From Nageia nagi (lineage: Eukaryota; Plantae; Pinophyta), in contig JBITNC010000002.1 of assembly GCA_050084985.1 (NCBI GenBank), forward strand, positions 35,960,001 through 36,024,000: DNA of 64,000 bases, read 5' to 3'. Made by a program: the position numbers and the translations under genes. The notes below the pieces were generated by a model, which made no database searches, was not told the DNA's origin, and worked only from the letters and a program-made list of their open reading frames with translations. Below are positions 12,200-25,699 of the stretch, in pieces (the stretch's first letter is position 1; every line of letters begins with the position of its first letter).

Positions 12200-15100
12200 A
12201 ATTGTAAAACATATTTTATCCAGTACTTGGGCTAGCCAAATCCATCTCTCTTATACACCACATGAATTTCTCTATGCTAACAACCTTGGTCAATGCATCG
12301 GTAATATTTTCCTTTGTGTCCATATTTTCCAACAACACTTTCTTCTATTTAATCATGTCCCTAATAAAGTGTTACTATACATCAATGTGCTTGGTTCTTA
12401 CATGTAAAGTAATATTCTTTACCAAGAATATAACACTTTGGTGATCATAATTCACTTGCACAACTCCTTGTGCAAACCCAATATTAGCACATAATCTCTG
12501 AAACCATATTACTTCTTTTCTTGCATGAGTGGTTGCCATGTATTCAGCTTTAGTAGTTGAAAAGAAAATAACAACTTGCCTTTTACTCATCCAACTAATG
12601 GCTCCTCCAAACAAACTAAAGACATAGCCACTAGTAGATCTTCTATTGTCAAGATCTCCTAGCGAATCTACATCAACAAAATCCTCAATATCCAAGGATT
12701 TTTTCTTTCTTTTTCCTTGATAATAGATTGAAAATTTTATTTTACCACATAAATATATGAGCACTCTCTTCATAGTAGTCCAATGCTCCTTTCTAGGCTT
12801 AGACATGTATTTGCTTAGAACCCCCACTGCATGTGCAATATCGGGTATGGTACAAACCATGGCATATATCAAACTCCCTACAACATTTGCATAAGGAAGA
12901 TGGTATTTCTTCAACTTTTTGTTATGTCTTAGGAATTGTTCAATAGACAATTTAGTTCCCAAAGCTATAGGAGTTTTCATAGGTTTGGAATTATGCATAT
13001 TGAATCTCTTTAATACAATCTCAACATTTTTTTGATCTAGCTACAACTTTTTATTTGACCTATCTCTCCTTATTTGCATGCCCAAAACATAATTTGTAGG
13101 TACAAGGTCTTTCATATCAAATTGTTGTGCTAATAGAGACTTCAAAACACTGACCATTTTATTACTATTCTCAATTAGCAACATATCATCAACATACAAT
13201 GTTATGATAATAAAATCATTACTAATTTGCTTCATGTATATACAATAATCAACATTACTACGAACAAAAATAAGTCCTAAAATGTAAGTATTAATTTTTT
13301 GATACCACATCCTAGGTGAATATTTCAATCCATACAAAGATTTCTTCAAGTTACAAACAAGATTTTCCATTCCTACCTCAATAAATCCTTCAAGATGTTT
13401 CATATAAATTTCCTCCTCTAATTACCCATGAAAGAAAGCATTTTTTACATCCATTTGCTCTATTTCCATATCAAATGCAATAACTATAGATAAAATACAT
13501 CTTATTAAGGTTAACTTTGTAATAAGAGAAAATATCTCACCATAATCAATTCCGTCTACCCATGAATAGCCTTTGGAAACAAGGTGTGATTTATATTTCT
13601 CCACTTTTTGTTTACCATTTTATTTCTTTTTAAAGATCCATTTGCAACCAATTACCTTTCTTTCAGTATTGAATTCCACTGGATCCCATGTTTTATTCTT
13701 TTCTAGAGACTTCATCTCTTCATTCATGGCCTCTTCCCAAAGATTTACCTCTTTAGAATTAATTATTTCTTTAACAGTTATAGGATCTTCATCAATAACA
13801 CATAAAGCAAAAGAAGAATGAAAATCAAATGGGCTATACATTTCAAGTTTTCTTCTTTCTTATGTTGATCTCCCTAACATTGGTGTATGAAACTCTGGTT
13901 CATCCTCTTCCTCTTCTTCTGCTTCTATTGAGTAGGGTTCATCTTCCATCAACACAAACTACATCTTTTTTGGTTCTTTCTATTTTAATTCATTACTAAG
14001 ATCATTTTTAAACTCTATAAACATCACATATTTATTATAGGAAATACTCTTAATTATTGGATTCTATAGTTATAACCTTTAACACCATATTTATAACCAA
14101 TAAATATACACTAAAAAACCTTGTTGTCAAGATTACTCCTTTTTTCCTTTGGAATATGCATGAATGCATCACAACCAAAAACTTTAATATGTGAAAAAGA
14201 AGGTTTATTAACAAAAAATGCTTCAAATGGAGTTTGATCGCTAAAGTTGATGTAGGAGACTGATTTAACAAATAATAGGTTGTATCCACTACTTCTTCCT
14301 ATAATTCCTATGCCAATCTAGCACCACTGAGCATGCTCCTTTCCTTTTCCATAAGAGATCTATTCGATCTCTTAGCAACTCCATTCTTTTGAGGTGTATA
14401 TGGAGTAGTCTTCTACTTTGCAATACCACATTTCTTATAGAATTCCTCAAACTTATTTGAACAATATTCTCCTCCATTATCACTCCTCCACACCTTGATT
14501 TTCTTTCTAATTTGGTTCTCAACAAGTGCTTTAAATTTTTGAAATTTATCAAACACTTAAACTTTTCTCTTGAGAATATAAATCCATGTATATCTTGAAA
14601 AATCATCAATAAAAGAAACATAGCACTATGATTTTCCAAGGGATGGTATAGGAATAGGACCAAAAACATCACTATGGATCAAATCTAAAACTCCTTTAGA
14701 TCTTGTACCATATGGGAAACTCACATATTTTTGCTTGCCATAAATACAATGCTCATAGAAATAAAAACCCATAGAGCAATTAGGAAAGCCTTCAAACATA
14801 CCTTTTGTATATAAAGTCCATAATCCCTACTTTCCAATATGTCCCATTCTTTGATGCCAAAGTGTTGACACATCAATCAAAGTTCCATTTGATTTAGCCT
14901 CAAAAATAGATGCACTATTGCACTACGGTATCATAGTGCTTCCCAATAGCCTATATAAGGTTCCAATTTGAACCCCTTGTACCAACACCATTGATCCATG
15001 AACCAATTTACATCCAATCTTATTGAGATTGAAATCTACATCTGCATTAGTCATATTGCTTATAGAAATTAAATTCCTAGCAATACGAGGAATGTGTACC

Positions 15101-16144
15101 ACACCTGGTAGGGTTCTCACCCTACCATCAGAAAACTTTATGTTCACCCTTCCACAACCAATGATTTGGCAAGGATTATCATCTCCCAAGAGGACCTCCC
15201 CTCCATCATATTCTTCATATTCACAAAACCACTCCCTATGAGGATTCATATTAAAAGAGGCTCCCATAATAATTACTTGATTATTTCAATCTAATCTAGT
15301 GGAGCATGATGCCAAATATGCATCTCCAACTTCATCATTAGATTTCTTAGCTTCTGTAGAAGTGAATTCATCATATCTCTTCCTTGGATATGTACTTTTT
15401 AATCTACAATCTCTCTTTAAATGGTCAATCTTGCTAACTCCAAAATGTAGGACCAAATATATCTCGAGACTTAGATTTACCACCAGATTTACCTATGGAT
15501 TTTGATTTATCACCAAATCATGATTTCTCTCTTCCCTTTGTACATCCTCTTACCATTAGGGCATCATTTGATGTGCTCTCCATGGATCTTCTCCTCAAAT
15601 CCTTTGATAACAAAGATGCCACTACATATTCAAAGGATAAACCAAAATAATTACTCCGAATTGCTACAACCATATTATCCCATGAATATAATAGAGAGCA
15701 TAGCAATGCAATGCATTTATCTTCTTTTGCAATATTAACATCAATAGATTGGAGTTGGCTCACTATTGTATTGAATGCATTGAGATGATATGTTACAAAA
15801 TATTTCACATACATCTGAAGAGTGTATAATTTCTTCCCAAGGAAGAGTTTGTTAACCAAGGACTTACTTTGATACAAAGCCCCCAACTTCTCCTAGAGAG
15901 CCTTTGCAATCTTTTCTCTAGAAATGTTAATCAACACTAAATTAGCAAGACATAGTCAAATCAAACTTCTTGCTTTCTAATTTAGTTTCTCCCAATATTC
16001 ATTAGAAGTACTATCTAGTTTCTTTTTAGAGACAACAAACCATATATCTTTATCTACATGCAAATCCTCCATCTTTAGCTTCCATAACTCAAATCTTTTT
16101 TCATCAAATTTTTTAATCTTAATCCTTGATTGACTTGTAGATAT
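12200..16144 (-). pseudogene. Copia-2 gag-pol polyprotein remnant
   Basis: gag FELWKLKMED; protease GASFNMNPHREWF; integrase (14050-14760); RT with MDVKNAFFHG and TLYVDDMLL; RNase H RRSTSGYVFSLFGGAISWMSKRQ...RTKHIDV. Many stops and frameshifts. Confidence 0.95.
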
Positions 16145-17031
16145 TTTTCTTCTTCAAGATCTTTCTACATGGAGCTCCCACTCTAGAATAGGTTTTTTGA
16201 AACACTTACAAACCTTAGATCTTCTTCAAATGAATTGAACCCTAGTAATAAATGCATCCCTCTATGGCTAAAACACCTTAGCTCTAACACCAGATGAAGA
16301 GTCTTATCTAAACCTATTCTAAAATTATATTGCATAAATGAATTAAACAAAATACAATAATCTCAAAAACACAAGCAACACATGAGATTTATCCTAGTTC
16401 ACCTAATGTGGGCTACTCTAGCATGTCAAGAGCTTCTCCTCCTTCTATATTATTGCTTACAATGAACAATTCATCATAAATGCCTCATTACAATGAATAT
16501 ATAAGAAAACCCTCAATCCTAAACCATAAGGTGGTATTAGAAAACCATGGGCTAGACCACCCATACTCATACTAAGATGAAACCTTGGAAATTCCACCAA
16601 CACCAAGTGTAAATAGGCAAATCTCAGGTAAGGTAGGGGCTCGGTGTACAATACTTCCTCTACAAAGGATAAGCTATATCCAACAAGAGTTTCATTCCCT
16701 CTGAGGCCATGAAAAATAAAAAATTATTATCCCTAAAATATCTATAAGAGTGAAGCAACCATCATAACATTAGCATTATAGCTCTTTCCAAAATAGAGTG
16801 AAGCATAGATCCCTACTACTGATATTGAACTATTGCTCAAACTATTCATCATGCTACTAAACAACTAGCTCTATAGATGAGGCTAATAATTCTCCTTCTA
16901 GCCCAACACAAAACTACAAACATAAACTCCTCAATTTCCCTACATTACCACAACATGAGCATTAAACTATCTAACATTTACAAGAAAATCATATCTTATC
17001 CATATTTAAAATGGAAGGCTAGGTTCTCAAA

Positions 17032-18309
17032 TTAGTTTTTGTAAAACTCAACATAAGCTTTGCCTTGTAATCTAATCAATAAAGGGGCATATTGAGCCAT
17101 ATCCTCAAACATTAAGCTTTTCTCCCCCCTCCTCTTTATGGCTTTACTTAACAGATGATTATGTATCCCCCTATTTTTTGACATCAAAATTGGTATAGCT
17201 TTTATACCTCTACTTCTTGGAGCTAAGATTTTAACCATTTTCATAGGTTCTACATTCTCCTTTGCTTTCAATTGGGTTCTCAACTGACTTCTTAACCTTT
17301 TCAGGATCTTGTTAAATATAAACTCCATTTCTTGTTGAGTAATTCATGGGAGAGACACATTGTCCCCCCTATTCTACTGATAGGCTTAGGCACCTAATCC
17401 CTTGAATATTTTTTAATTCATGACCCTCTATTCCATGGGAATTAATGTTATGTAAGGATATGACTTATCCTTTTCCTCTTACAACCCTAATTACCTTACA
17501 CCATTATCCCAATTTGATCCTTGGGTGATTTTATCTCTTATGATGCCTAATTGCATTTTTTTAGTTCCATCATCTTTAATTTTAGCTTCACTTTAGCTTT
17601 CTTTTGCCATATTTTCTTCCCTACCTTTCCCCTTCACTCTCCTTTCTTGTTATCTGCCACCTTTCCTCCTCATAATTCTCATCAAGGCCCTCTGTGGTTG
17701 TTTGGTCCGAGGATGATCATACATTAACTTAATAACATATTAGTGTAGGGGAACTTGATTCCCATTTTCCTTGCATTTGTTAATTGAAATCTTAAGAGAA
17801 TGCATGATGAAGAATGGTAAGTTGACTATCTCCTCACCCTTCAACCTAAAATGATTTAGTAGGCCAAAATGATAGGCATTTACTACCTTATACCTCCCAT
17901 CCAGAGTCACATAGCGCATGAGGGCCCTTACCATATCATCCCATATCTTGGGGAGGCTAGTGCATTCAAATCCTAGACTAGATTTTGCAAATTCATCCCC
18001 CAATTGCCTAAATCTAAAAATATCCTCCAATTTCTTGAGCTTGGTCTCTTTATTAATATCTTTTCCCACATTTGGCATGTGAATAGCCTCAATAATAGTT
18101 TCATAATTGAAAATAAAAGCTACTAAATTTACCTTTCAGGCCTCCCCATTCTAGGATTTTGCAATCTCAAAGGAAAGTCCCAAGTTAAATCCTTTACAAG
18201 CCTCCATAAAATCCTTCATCCCTCCCTCATGTAGGATCTTCCATATCCATCTATCTTTATAAATAATCCTTGTATTTGTAGGTTCTATTTTAACTAGCTC
18301 TCCCCCCAT
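17032..18309 (-). pseudogene. Extra ORF ('ORF3') of the LINE, unknown function, disrupted
   Basis: ATG at 18309 opens MGGELVKIEPTNT...LHEGGMKDFMEACKGFNLGLSFEIAKS*NG, in frame through point stops with ORF 17740-18078 (LPKIWDDMVRALMRYVTLDGRYKVVNAYHFGLLNHFR..VNLPFFIMHSL..VPLH). The last fragment is 17032-17328. Confidence 0.7.
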
Positions 18310-18539
18310 GGATTCCACTCTTCTCTCTCACTGCAACAATACTGGGTGGTGGATATGTTTCATCGTTGCATTCAATCTTATAGCATGCACTCCCCCTTAT
18401 CATATATGATGTGGAAATCCTCCTTCAATCAAAGCAATCTAAACTAATTCACAATGTATGACACTTCAACATTTAATATTCCCATGCCATCATCTATGTA
18501 CTTCCATGCCACCTAATGATACTCCATTACATAAAAATT

Positions 18540-21500
18540 AGTTTGCACGAGGAGCCCATCCAAATACATTAAACTTACCTTTACAAGTAATCATAACATA
18601 TATCACCTGTTCTTTTAATGTCACCATGCTATCCATCCTTGCTATGATGGATTCAGTGCCACCTTTTATATTTATAATTTTGGCCTTAATATTTTCTTTA
18701 GCCTTTAACAAGGTTAATTTCAAAAATCTTTCTATTGCACTCCTTCCATAGTTGCCAATGGAAATGTGCTTGAATAATGTTTCTAATTCTTCCCTCTTCA
18801 CTAGATTTAGACATACCTTCCTAATTTATTATCATTTATGGGATTGATCCATAGTCCCTCCATTTATAATTTAGCCCTTGATTCATTTGCCTCTAAATTC
18901 TCCTTGATAATTTATATTTTATAAATATGTGAATGTAGGTTTCCTCTTGCTTCCTACATAGAGGGCATCTCCTTGGGCTCTGTAATCCTCTCCTTTGAAT
19001 TTTATCCCAAGTTAATAGTTTATTATGGGAAAGGGTCCATATAAGGAAAGCTATTTTAGGAACTAGTTTTCCTTCCCACACTAAATTCCATAACTTTCCT
19101 TTCTCTTGTTGATATGATCATTGCAAAAAATTAGAAGCATCCTTAACATTGAACATTCCACTCTTAGATATTACCCACATAGAGCTATCCCTCTTTTGAA
19201 GTTTTTATGTCCTTAATTTGGAGTTCCTTTCTTACCTCCATCAGTGCTTCCTTTATTTCTTATCCTTTGCTAATTTAATTTCCCATTATTAGTTATCTGG
19301 AACCCAATTATCTGCTACTCTGCTCCCTTGATTTTTGATTGCCCATCTTGTTGCCTTCTTAAGGTTATCATAACTTATTAGGGGTTGGTCACTCAACTAG
19401 GTGTCCTCCCAAAATAAAGTGCTCTTTCCATTTTCAATATTCCATTTAATGAGCCTATTTAGCATCCCTTGGATTTTCCTTAGGCCATTCCAAAAGGTAT
19501 ATCCTATAGGGAGTTTTTCTATCCTCATAAATTCATTATGTTCTTATAAGTATTTATCTTTACACATTCTAATCCAATATTTTCCTTCCTCATTAATCAA
19601 TCTCCATGTCATCTTCCCTCTTAGAGCTGCAGTCAACCATTTTATTTCTTTAGTCCCATGTCACCTTTACTCTTTTCATAGCAAATTCTATTCTAGGATA
19701 CCAAGGCAAATTTCCTAGCTTCTTGGGTTCCATTCCATAAGAATTCTCTACATAGTTTATCAATTTAATTTACCACTGATATTGGGATCTTGAAAATAAG
19801 GACATAGTAAATTAACATGCTTTGTAAAGAATGCATTATCAAACACAGTCCGTGTGCATAGCTTAAGGTCTTATTCTTCCAACCCAAAATATTTCCTTTT
19901 ATCTTTTCAATCATATTATCCCAGTAGATTGTTTGATTCTCTTAGTAAACAAGGACATCCCTAGATAACTTTTAGGGAGGTTGTCTAGTTGACAACCAAT
20001 TATTTTTGCTAGTCTTTTCCTCTCCTCAAAGAAGCATTAAACACATACAACTTAGTTTTTTGAAGGTTTATTTTTTAGTATGATGCTCTCTCATACAAGG
20101 ATAAAACATTAGTAAATTTCCTTTCATCACTCTCCTTGGCTTGACCTATTAGAATAGTGTCATCCACAAACTAATGGTGGGAGAAAGGTCTTCCAAATCT
20201 TGTTGGGTTTATTTCCACTAGCCTTCCTTCCCCCTATGCTTCATGTACCTCCTAAGAGTTTCTACCATGATTATAAATAAATAAGGAGATAGGGGATCCC
20301 ATTATCTTAAGCCCCTTACTAACTTGAAGAATCTTACCAGTTCTCCATTCACTATGATTGAGAACTTAGGGGTGGAGATACATTATCTTAAGCCTATTCC
20401 TTTATTACATTTATTGAATGAAGAATATCATGCATCATGATGATCCTATCTGTAATGTATCTTTTATGAACAAATACATCATATTTTGATGATATAATCT
20501 CTGGAAACAAAGGATTTACTCTCTCTACCATGATTATAGTAATGATATTATATGTTACATTGCACAAACTAATTGGCCTATAGTCTTTGAGACTCTTAGA
20601 ATTCTATGATTTTCATATCAGTACCAAAAAGATATTATTCCATTCTGTAAGTAAGCTACTAAAAAACTCTTTCACTACTTCACTCACATCTCTTCCTACT
20701 ATTTCCTAGTTATGTTTGAAGAAACCAACTAGGAATCCATTAGGGCCTAGGAATTTATCCTCATCCATTAGATCTAGTGCCTTTTTAATCTACTCATCAA
20801 AAAACCTACTCCTCCAGCTTTTCATTCCAATCCTAGTCAACAATTCTCAAGATTACCTAAGGGATTTTCTCACACTATCTACTATTTTATCTTAGTTTTG
20901 TGCTTATGAGTCTCTTATAAAAGCCCTTGATATTATATTTGATTTCCTCCTCTTCATAAGTTATAGAACTATTTTCTATTTTCAATTCCATAATTCTATT
21001 GACACTTCTTCTATTTATAGTTACTAATTTAAAAAAGCTTGTATTCCTATCCCCTTTTTGGAGCTAAGAAATTCAATATTTTTATTTACAATGAGTCTCT
21101 TCTTGGGTGAGTGTGTTCTAATATTCTACTAGGAGTTCTTTCTCCCTCCTCTCAATATCTTTAGTTCTTCCCTTCTTAAGATTTCATGCTCTATCTCCTC
21201 TATTTATCCTTTGATCACTGCCTTTCTTATCCTGACATTTTGAAAGACTTCTTTATTCCACTTTTTAATGCCTCTCTTAACACCTTTAAACTTATAAGAT
21301 AATATAAACATAGCAATTCCTCTCACTTTGATCAACCACCACTCCTTTAGTATATCCTTAAAGTTCTCATGTTGCATCCACATATATTCAAATCTGAAAG
21401 GGGCTCTCTTATTTTGTTCTTGCTGTAATACAATTCTCAAGAGAGAGAATAAGTCAAAATTTTGGTATTCATTAATCTAGTTTTCTATTGCCAAAATTCT

Positions 21501-22137
21501 ATAAACCTTATTTGGATAATTTTTGTTTTTCCTTTTTGTTTATTGGACCATGTGAAGTTAACTCCTTTAATTTGAGGTCTACTAGTTATGTTTGATTGAC
21601 TAATTCCCTCAAATCTTTCATAAATTTCAAGATATTCACTCTTCCTTCATATTTATCTTCTAAGTTTAATGGAGCATTAATGTCACCTACAACCAACTAG
21701 GGTTCAAAGAGAAAGTATTATCTGTGATCTTTTAATTCTTTCTAAAATCTCCTCCTCTCATTATAGACATTAGGGGCATATATATTAATGAGAATGAAGG
21801 AAAAAATTGATTTGATGTCCTTGAATCTAATGATATATACCTGTTATTATTTCTCAATATTCTTTGGACATTAACTATTTGATTATTCACCAACATACAT
21901 AAACCACCAAATCTTCCTCTTGTATTGATGTATTCAAAACTAACCTCCTTCCATACTTTCCTTTTGATATTCCTCTTTGCATTGATGTATTCAAAACTAT
22001 TCTCTTGCATTGTGTTCTTCCATTTTAGTTTCTTGTAGTATCATGACAAATGGGTTGTGATTTCTATGAACATCCTTAACAACTTTTTGTTTACCAGGGA
22101 ATTTTCCACCCCTTACATTCCAACAAATAATTTTCAT
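18540..22137 (-). pseudogene. LINE ORF2 remnant (APE endonuclease, reverse transcriptase, zf-RVT)
   Basis: MKIICWNVRG at ~22137; PFRFEYMWMQH (21204-21440); GLR*WDPLSPYLFII-like and FSHH*FVDDTIL RT motifs (~20150-20320); zf-RVT PKIAFLIWTLSHNKLLTWD..RCPLC..EETYIHIF; WKLWKECNRKIF. No RNase H recognised. Confidence 0.92.
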
Positions 22138-22139
22138 TA

Positions 22140-23479
22140 GTTTCTTTTTAGGGCATTTTTACCACCCCACTCTGTTCTATAGTGTTCAAAGTTAGCTTTC
22201 ATGTATCCATAATGCTCCTAGTCACTCTTTGGGATTTCAATTTTATTTCATTCTTCTCCACATGCAAGGTGAACTCCAAAATGTTTTCCTTTAGTGTCAT
22301 TTCCCCTAAGGTGGAACTCAAAAATTGGGTTTCCAAAACTTGGGTAGGATATCCCTTTGAGCCTCCCTCACCTTGTTCTTCAAATATGTTCCTTTTATTT
22401 CTTAGGAGATCTATGCTTGTTTCAACTGAAGCTTTAGGATAAGTTTACTTTTTAGGTTCCTCTTCATTTTTGATAAAGGCATCTTAGGTATCCCCTATTT
22501 CTTTATTCTTCCTATGGCTCTCCTAATGTTTCTCTATTTACTCCATACTCTTAAATTGTCTCCCTATCTTCCTCAAAATATTTGATTTCCTTTACTCCTA
22601 AGGTTTGCTCACATGACATTCAACTGAGATGTGTTTAGGAGAGTTACATATATTGCATTTAGCTTCACTCTTATTATTATATGGGAAATGAGATGCCAAG
22701 TGGCCAATTTCCCTACATCATCTGTGTCTAAACAAAATCCTTTCATAGTCCAAAGTCTGAGTCCATAGTCCCATTTTGGAGTTTATCTTTATCTCTACTA
22801 GGATTGGTTCTTGAATATTCAAATTCACATAGACTCTTATTGTTAGGGAATTCTTCTTTCTCATAAAGTTATCATCTATTCTTATGAACTCCCCTATTGA
22901 ATCTCCCATCCTTTGAACCATTGTTTAGTTCTAGAGATGTTGAGGAAGCCCACACAATCTTACCCAAATTGAAATTTTTGAGATATTCTTAGTTTTTGTA
23001 TTAAAACCTTTATACCATTATTTAATATAAAGCCTATAATTACCAAGAAACCATGGACCTCCTTCCATAATGTCATTCAGATTCTCCTTTGAATCAAATT
23101 ATGAATCAAAGAAATCCCTTAGTAAAATAAATAAACATACCTGGCCTTTAAGCTCCCACTTATCTTGTTCCCAACTTTTCAAGATCGATATCCTAGGCCA
23201 CTGACCCATAAACTTCCTGACTACATACAACTTCAACTCTTTGAAGGTCTCTTTAATCACTTTATCCTCAATAGTAATCTCAGGAATTAATTTTTCCATT
23301 TTGCAAAGGTGCCCATTCTTCCCCCTTTTCCCTAAGCTACCTATTCCCAATCCCTTTACGACCTACCTGAAGGGATTTTCATCCTTGGTCCATATATTCC
23401 CCTCATGATCTTTGTGTTCTTGTGATCCACCTTCCCTTGCTCTAGAGCCTATGTCAGGTTTCTTACTTGCTAAAGCCAT
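22140..23479 (-). pseudogene. LINE ORF1 remnant (DUF4283 plus zinc knuckle)
   Basis: VVRKFMGQWPRISILKSW; GGPWFLG-like segment; MGDSIGEFIRIDD..IRVYVNLNIQEPI..WTQTLDYERILFR. Probable ATG at 23479. Confidence 0.88.
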
Positions 23480-23509
23480 CTTCAAAATTGTGTTGCATAA
23501 CATTCTCTC

Positions 23510-24201
23510 TATAAGGATGTTTGAGATAAGATTTATTAACTCATAGATTATCTATTGCATTCAAATAATTTTCATATCAAAGTCAAATAATAAGAAAAAT
23601 AAATAAGATAATTGAGAAAAATAGTAATCAATCACACAAATAAAAGAGAGGAAAGATATTAACGTTGTTAACCCAAAGTGGGCTACATCTATAGAGAAGT
23701 TTTAAACCCTTGTATTGCATCAATCTTCAAAGTCCTTAACGAAAAACATCAACAATATAACCTTGCTACAAACCCTTCCTTTGTAATACAAGCATTACCT
23801 CTCTATAAATATCTCAAACTCTCAATTAAGAGCGACATCAAATCACATACCACAAGCTCAAAAATAAATGTTACAACCTTAATCCAAGCTCCTTAATTTA
23901 TAGGAGACATACCATCCCAATTTGACCCCAAAATGGTCAAGGAAACCATGGGATAACATCCCAACCTAACTATAACTCCTATCCATGAAATTAATACTTG
24001 AAGAGGCATGATTTTTACTACTCAAAATGGAGTTTAGTTAATGTTCTCTATTTTCTACTTGGTCTACATCATACCAATCTTGACCCCATGATCGATCTCT
24101 AATAGATAAACTAATATTTTAGTACCCAAACACCCCTTCATTGATCTTATCTATTTCCTAGTCAACATGCTAATCTTGTAAGATTGATCTTGTGAGTAAC
24201 A
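23510..24201 (-). mobile_element. Copia-type LTR remnant (possibly the rest of the Copia-1 5' LTR)
   Basis: Contains AACGTTGTTAACCCAAAGTGGGCTACATC, which matches the GTTCACC..GTGGGCTAC motif in the other Copia LTRs here. Ends in GTAACA at 24201. No TSD. Confidence 0.5.
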
Positions 24202-24204
24202 TTT

Positions 24205-25130
24205 AGAAATAAAGTGTAAGATATTAAAACTTAGCCCATGAATCAAGCTTCATAATCAACAAGAAAATCTTATTTTGGAAGCTTGGAGATGGTAAGAAAT
24301 CCAAATTATGAGATTCTTCATCGGAAGTCTACACTCTCATAGATATTTAATACCCCTACTTAGCTAGTCTCAAAATGAAATTGCATGCATAAGATTGGTT
24401 CAATTTATATTACTATCTAAAAGCACTAAACAATCAATCCCTAAAGAACTACTAATAGAGGCCTCCTAAGGAATGATCATTTGAGGGATGGGAGAAGGAA
24501 AATATAGAGTTATAAAATATCTTGAAAAAAAGGTATTAGTCAAGGAAAATAGGGCAATACATGATAGGGAAGGGATTTGGCACCCCATTAGTATTTATCT
24601 ACTCAAAGAAGGCTACAAATATATTCTTTCTAGACCTCATAATATTATATTACTCCCTTGGTTAAAGTTATGACAACCCAAAGAGTATATCAAGATAAAT
24701 TATTTCTCATGGCAAGTAGCCCATCAAAATACCTTAACTTAGAAAAATATGTGTAAGAGAGGTTTTGACAAACTAAACCATTGTATCATATCAAAGAACT
24801 AATGGTATGGAACTTTTAACTAAATGAAAAACTCAATCCCTTCCCTGGAGTCCTTTTGGGATTATTGGAAGGCCAATAGATTCAAATAAAAGAAGATAAA
24901 CTAAGCTTGGGATCTAGGTATTAGATTTATGTAGTGGAAACTTTGGTTAGATTGAAATGGATGGCTCTTTAATGAGAAATTAAATCCAATGACAATAATA
25001 TGGAATACCCTAATAAGGAAGATAACAAAAACATTGGAGGTGAAAATATTATAAGAGTCCTATATACAAAAGGAGGAAATTTCGAATACACTAAGAAAGG
25101 GGTCAAGATAAGATACTCAAGCCCAAGGAC
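24205..25130 (+). mobile_element. LINE ORF2 C-terminal fragment (zf-RVT region)
   Basis: FWKLGDGKKSKL*DS at ~24270 and KINYFSWQVAHQNTLT*KNMCKRGFDKLNHCI at ~24700-24790. Confidence 0.7.
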
Positions 25131-25348
25131 CATGAGATCTTAGTGTAAATAAATAACCAAATTAATAAATATGACCAATTATGATAGTTCCTAATCTATT
25201 AAATAGGATGAACCAAAGCCAACAAATTCCAACCATAAGCAATAGTGATAATCATAAGGTTATGATAAAAATATGGAAGGAAAAAGTTAGAAGAAATCCT
25301 TATGTAATTAGTATGCATTTTGAAGATCAAATATATGAAAAAGGGAAA

Positions 25349-25350
<2 letters not shown>

Positions 25351-25394
<44 letters not shown>
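25351..25394. repeat. (TA)n microsatellite
   Basis: Direct inspection. Confidence 0.98.
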
Positions 25395-25398
<4 letters not shown>

Positions 25399-25699
25399 GC
25401 TAGGAATTACTATGAAATTTGAATATCATCAATATAATTTTAACCTTTTCACTAAAAAATACCATTAGACCTTGATATATCTCACTCTACACATTATGTG
25501 ATTTTTAATACTATGTGAATGGTATCTCTTGGTACCACCTATTAAAATCTAAATTTTCTATTCTTATTACACTTTGTCATTTTATTTCATTATTATATTA
25601 TAAATCTTGGAAGGTGTCCAAACTTCATAATTTCATCATAAATCAAGTACTAAGAGATACTTCTGCACTAATGTATGGATGTAGGATCATAAGCCTATG

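Larger units (their letters stand above)
7270..16685 (-). mobile_element. Copia-2: full-length decayed Ty1/Copia element (Tnt1/Tork-like), ~4.9 kb excluding the nested insertion
   Basis: 5' LTR at 16295-16685. 3' LTR split into 7270-7395 and 11916-12169. PBS remnant at 16281-16292 and PPT at ~12170-12180. Flanks AGAATT (7264-7269) and AGAGTT (16686-16691). Confidence 0.92.
7194..23510 (-). mobile_element. Full-length decayed L1-clade LINE (ORF1, ORF2, extra 3' ORF); its 3' UTR is split by Copia-2
   Basis: ORF1 and ORF2 domains lie at 18.5-23.5 kb. The 3' UTR runs 16692-17030 and resumes at 7194-7269, ending in TTAATAAAAAAA on the minus strand. Continuity across Copia-2 is supported by the AGAATT/AGAGTT flanks. 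The LINE's own TSD was not found. Confidence 0.75.

Noticed and set aside
11940-16651. Similar ORFs at 11940-12212 and 16457-16651
   Set aside because: They lie in the two Copia-2 LTRs, so the similarity reflects LTR identity.
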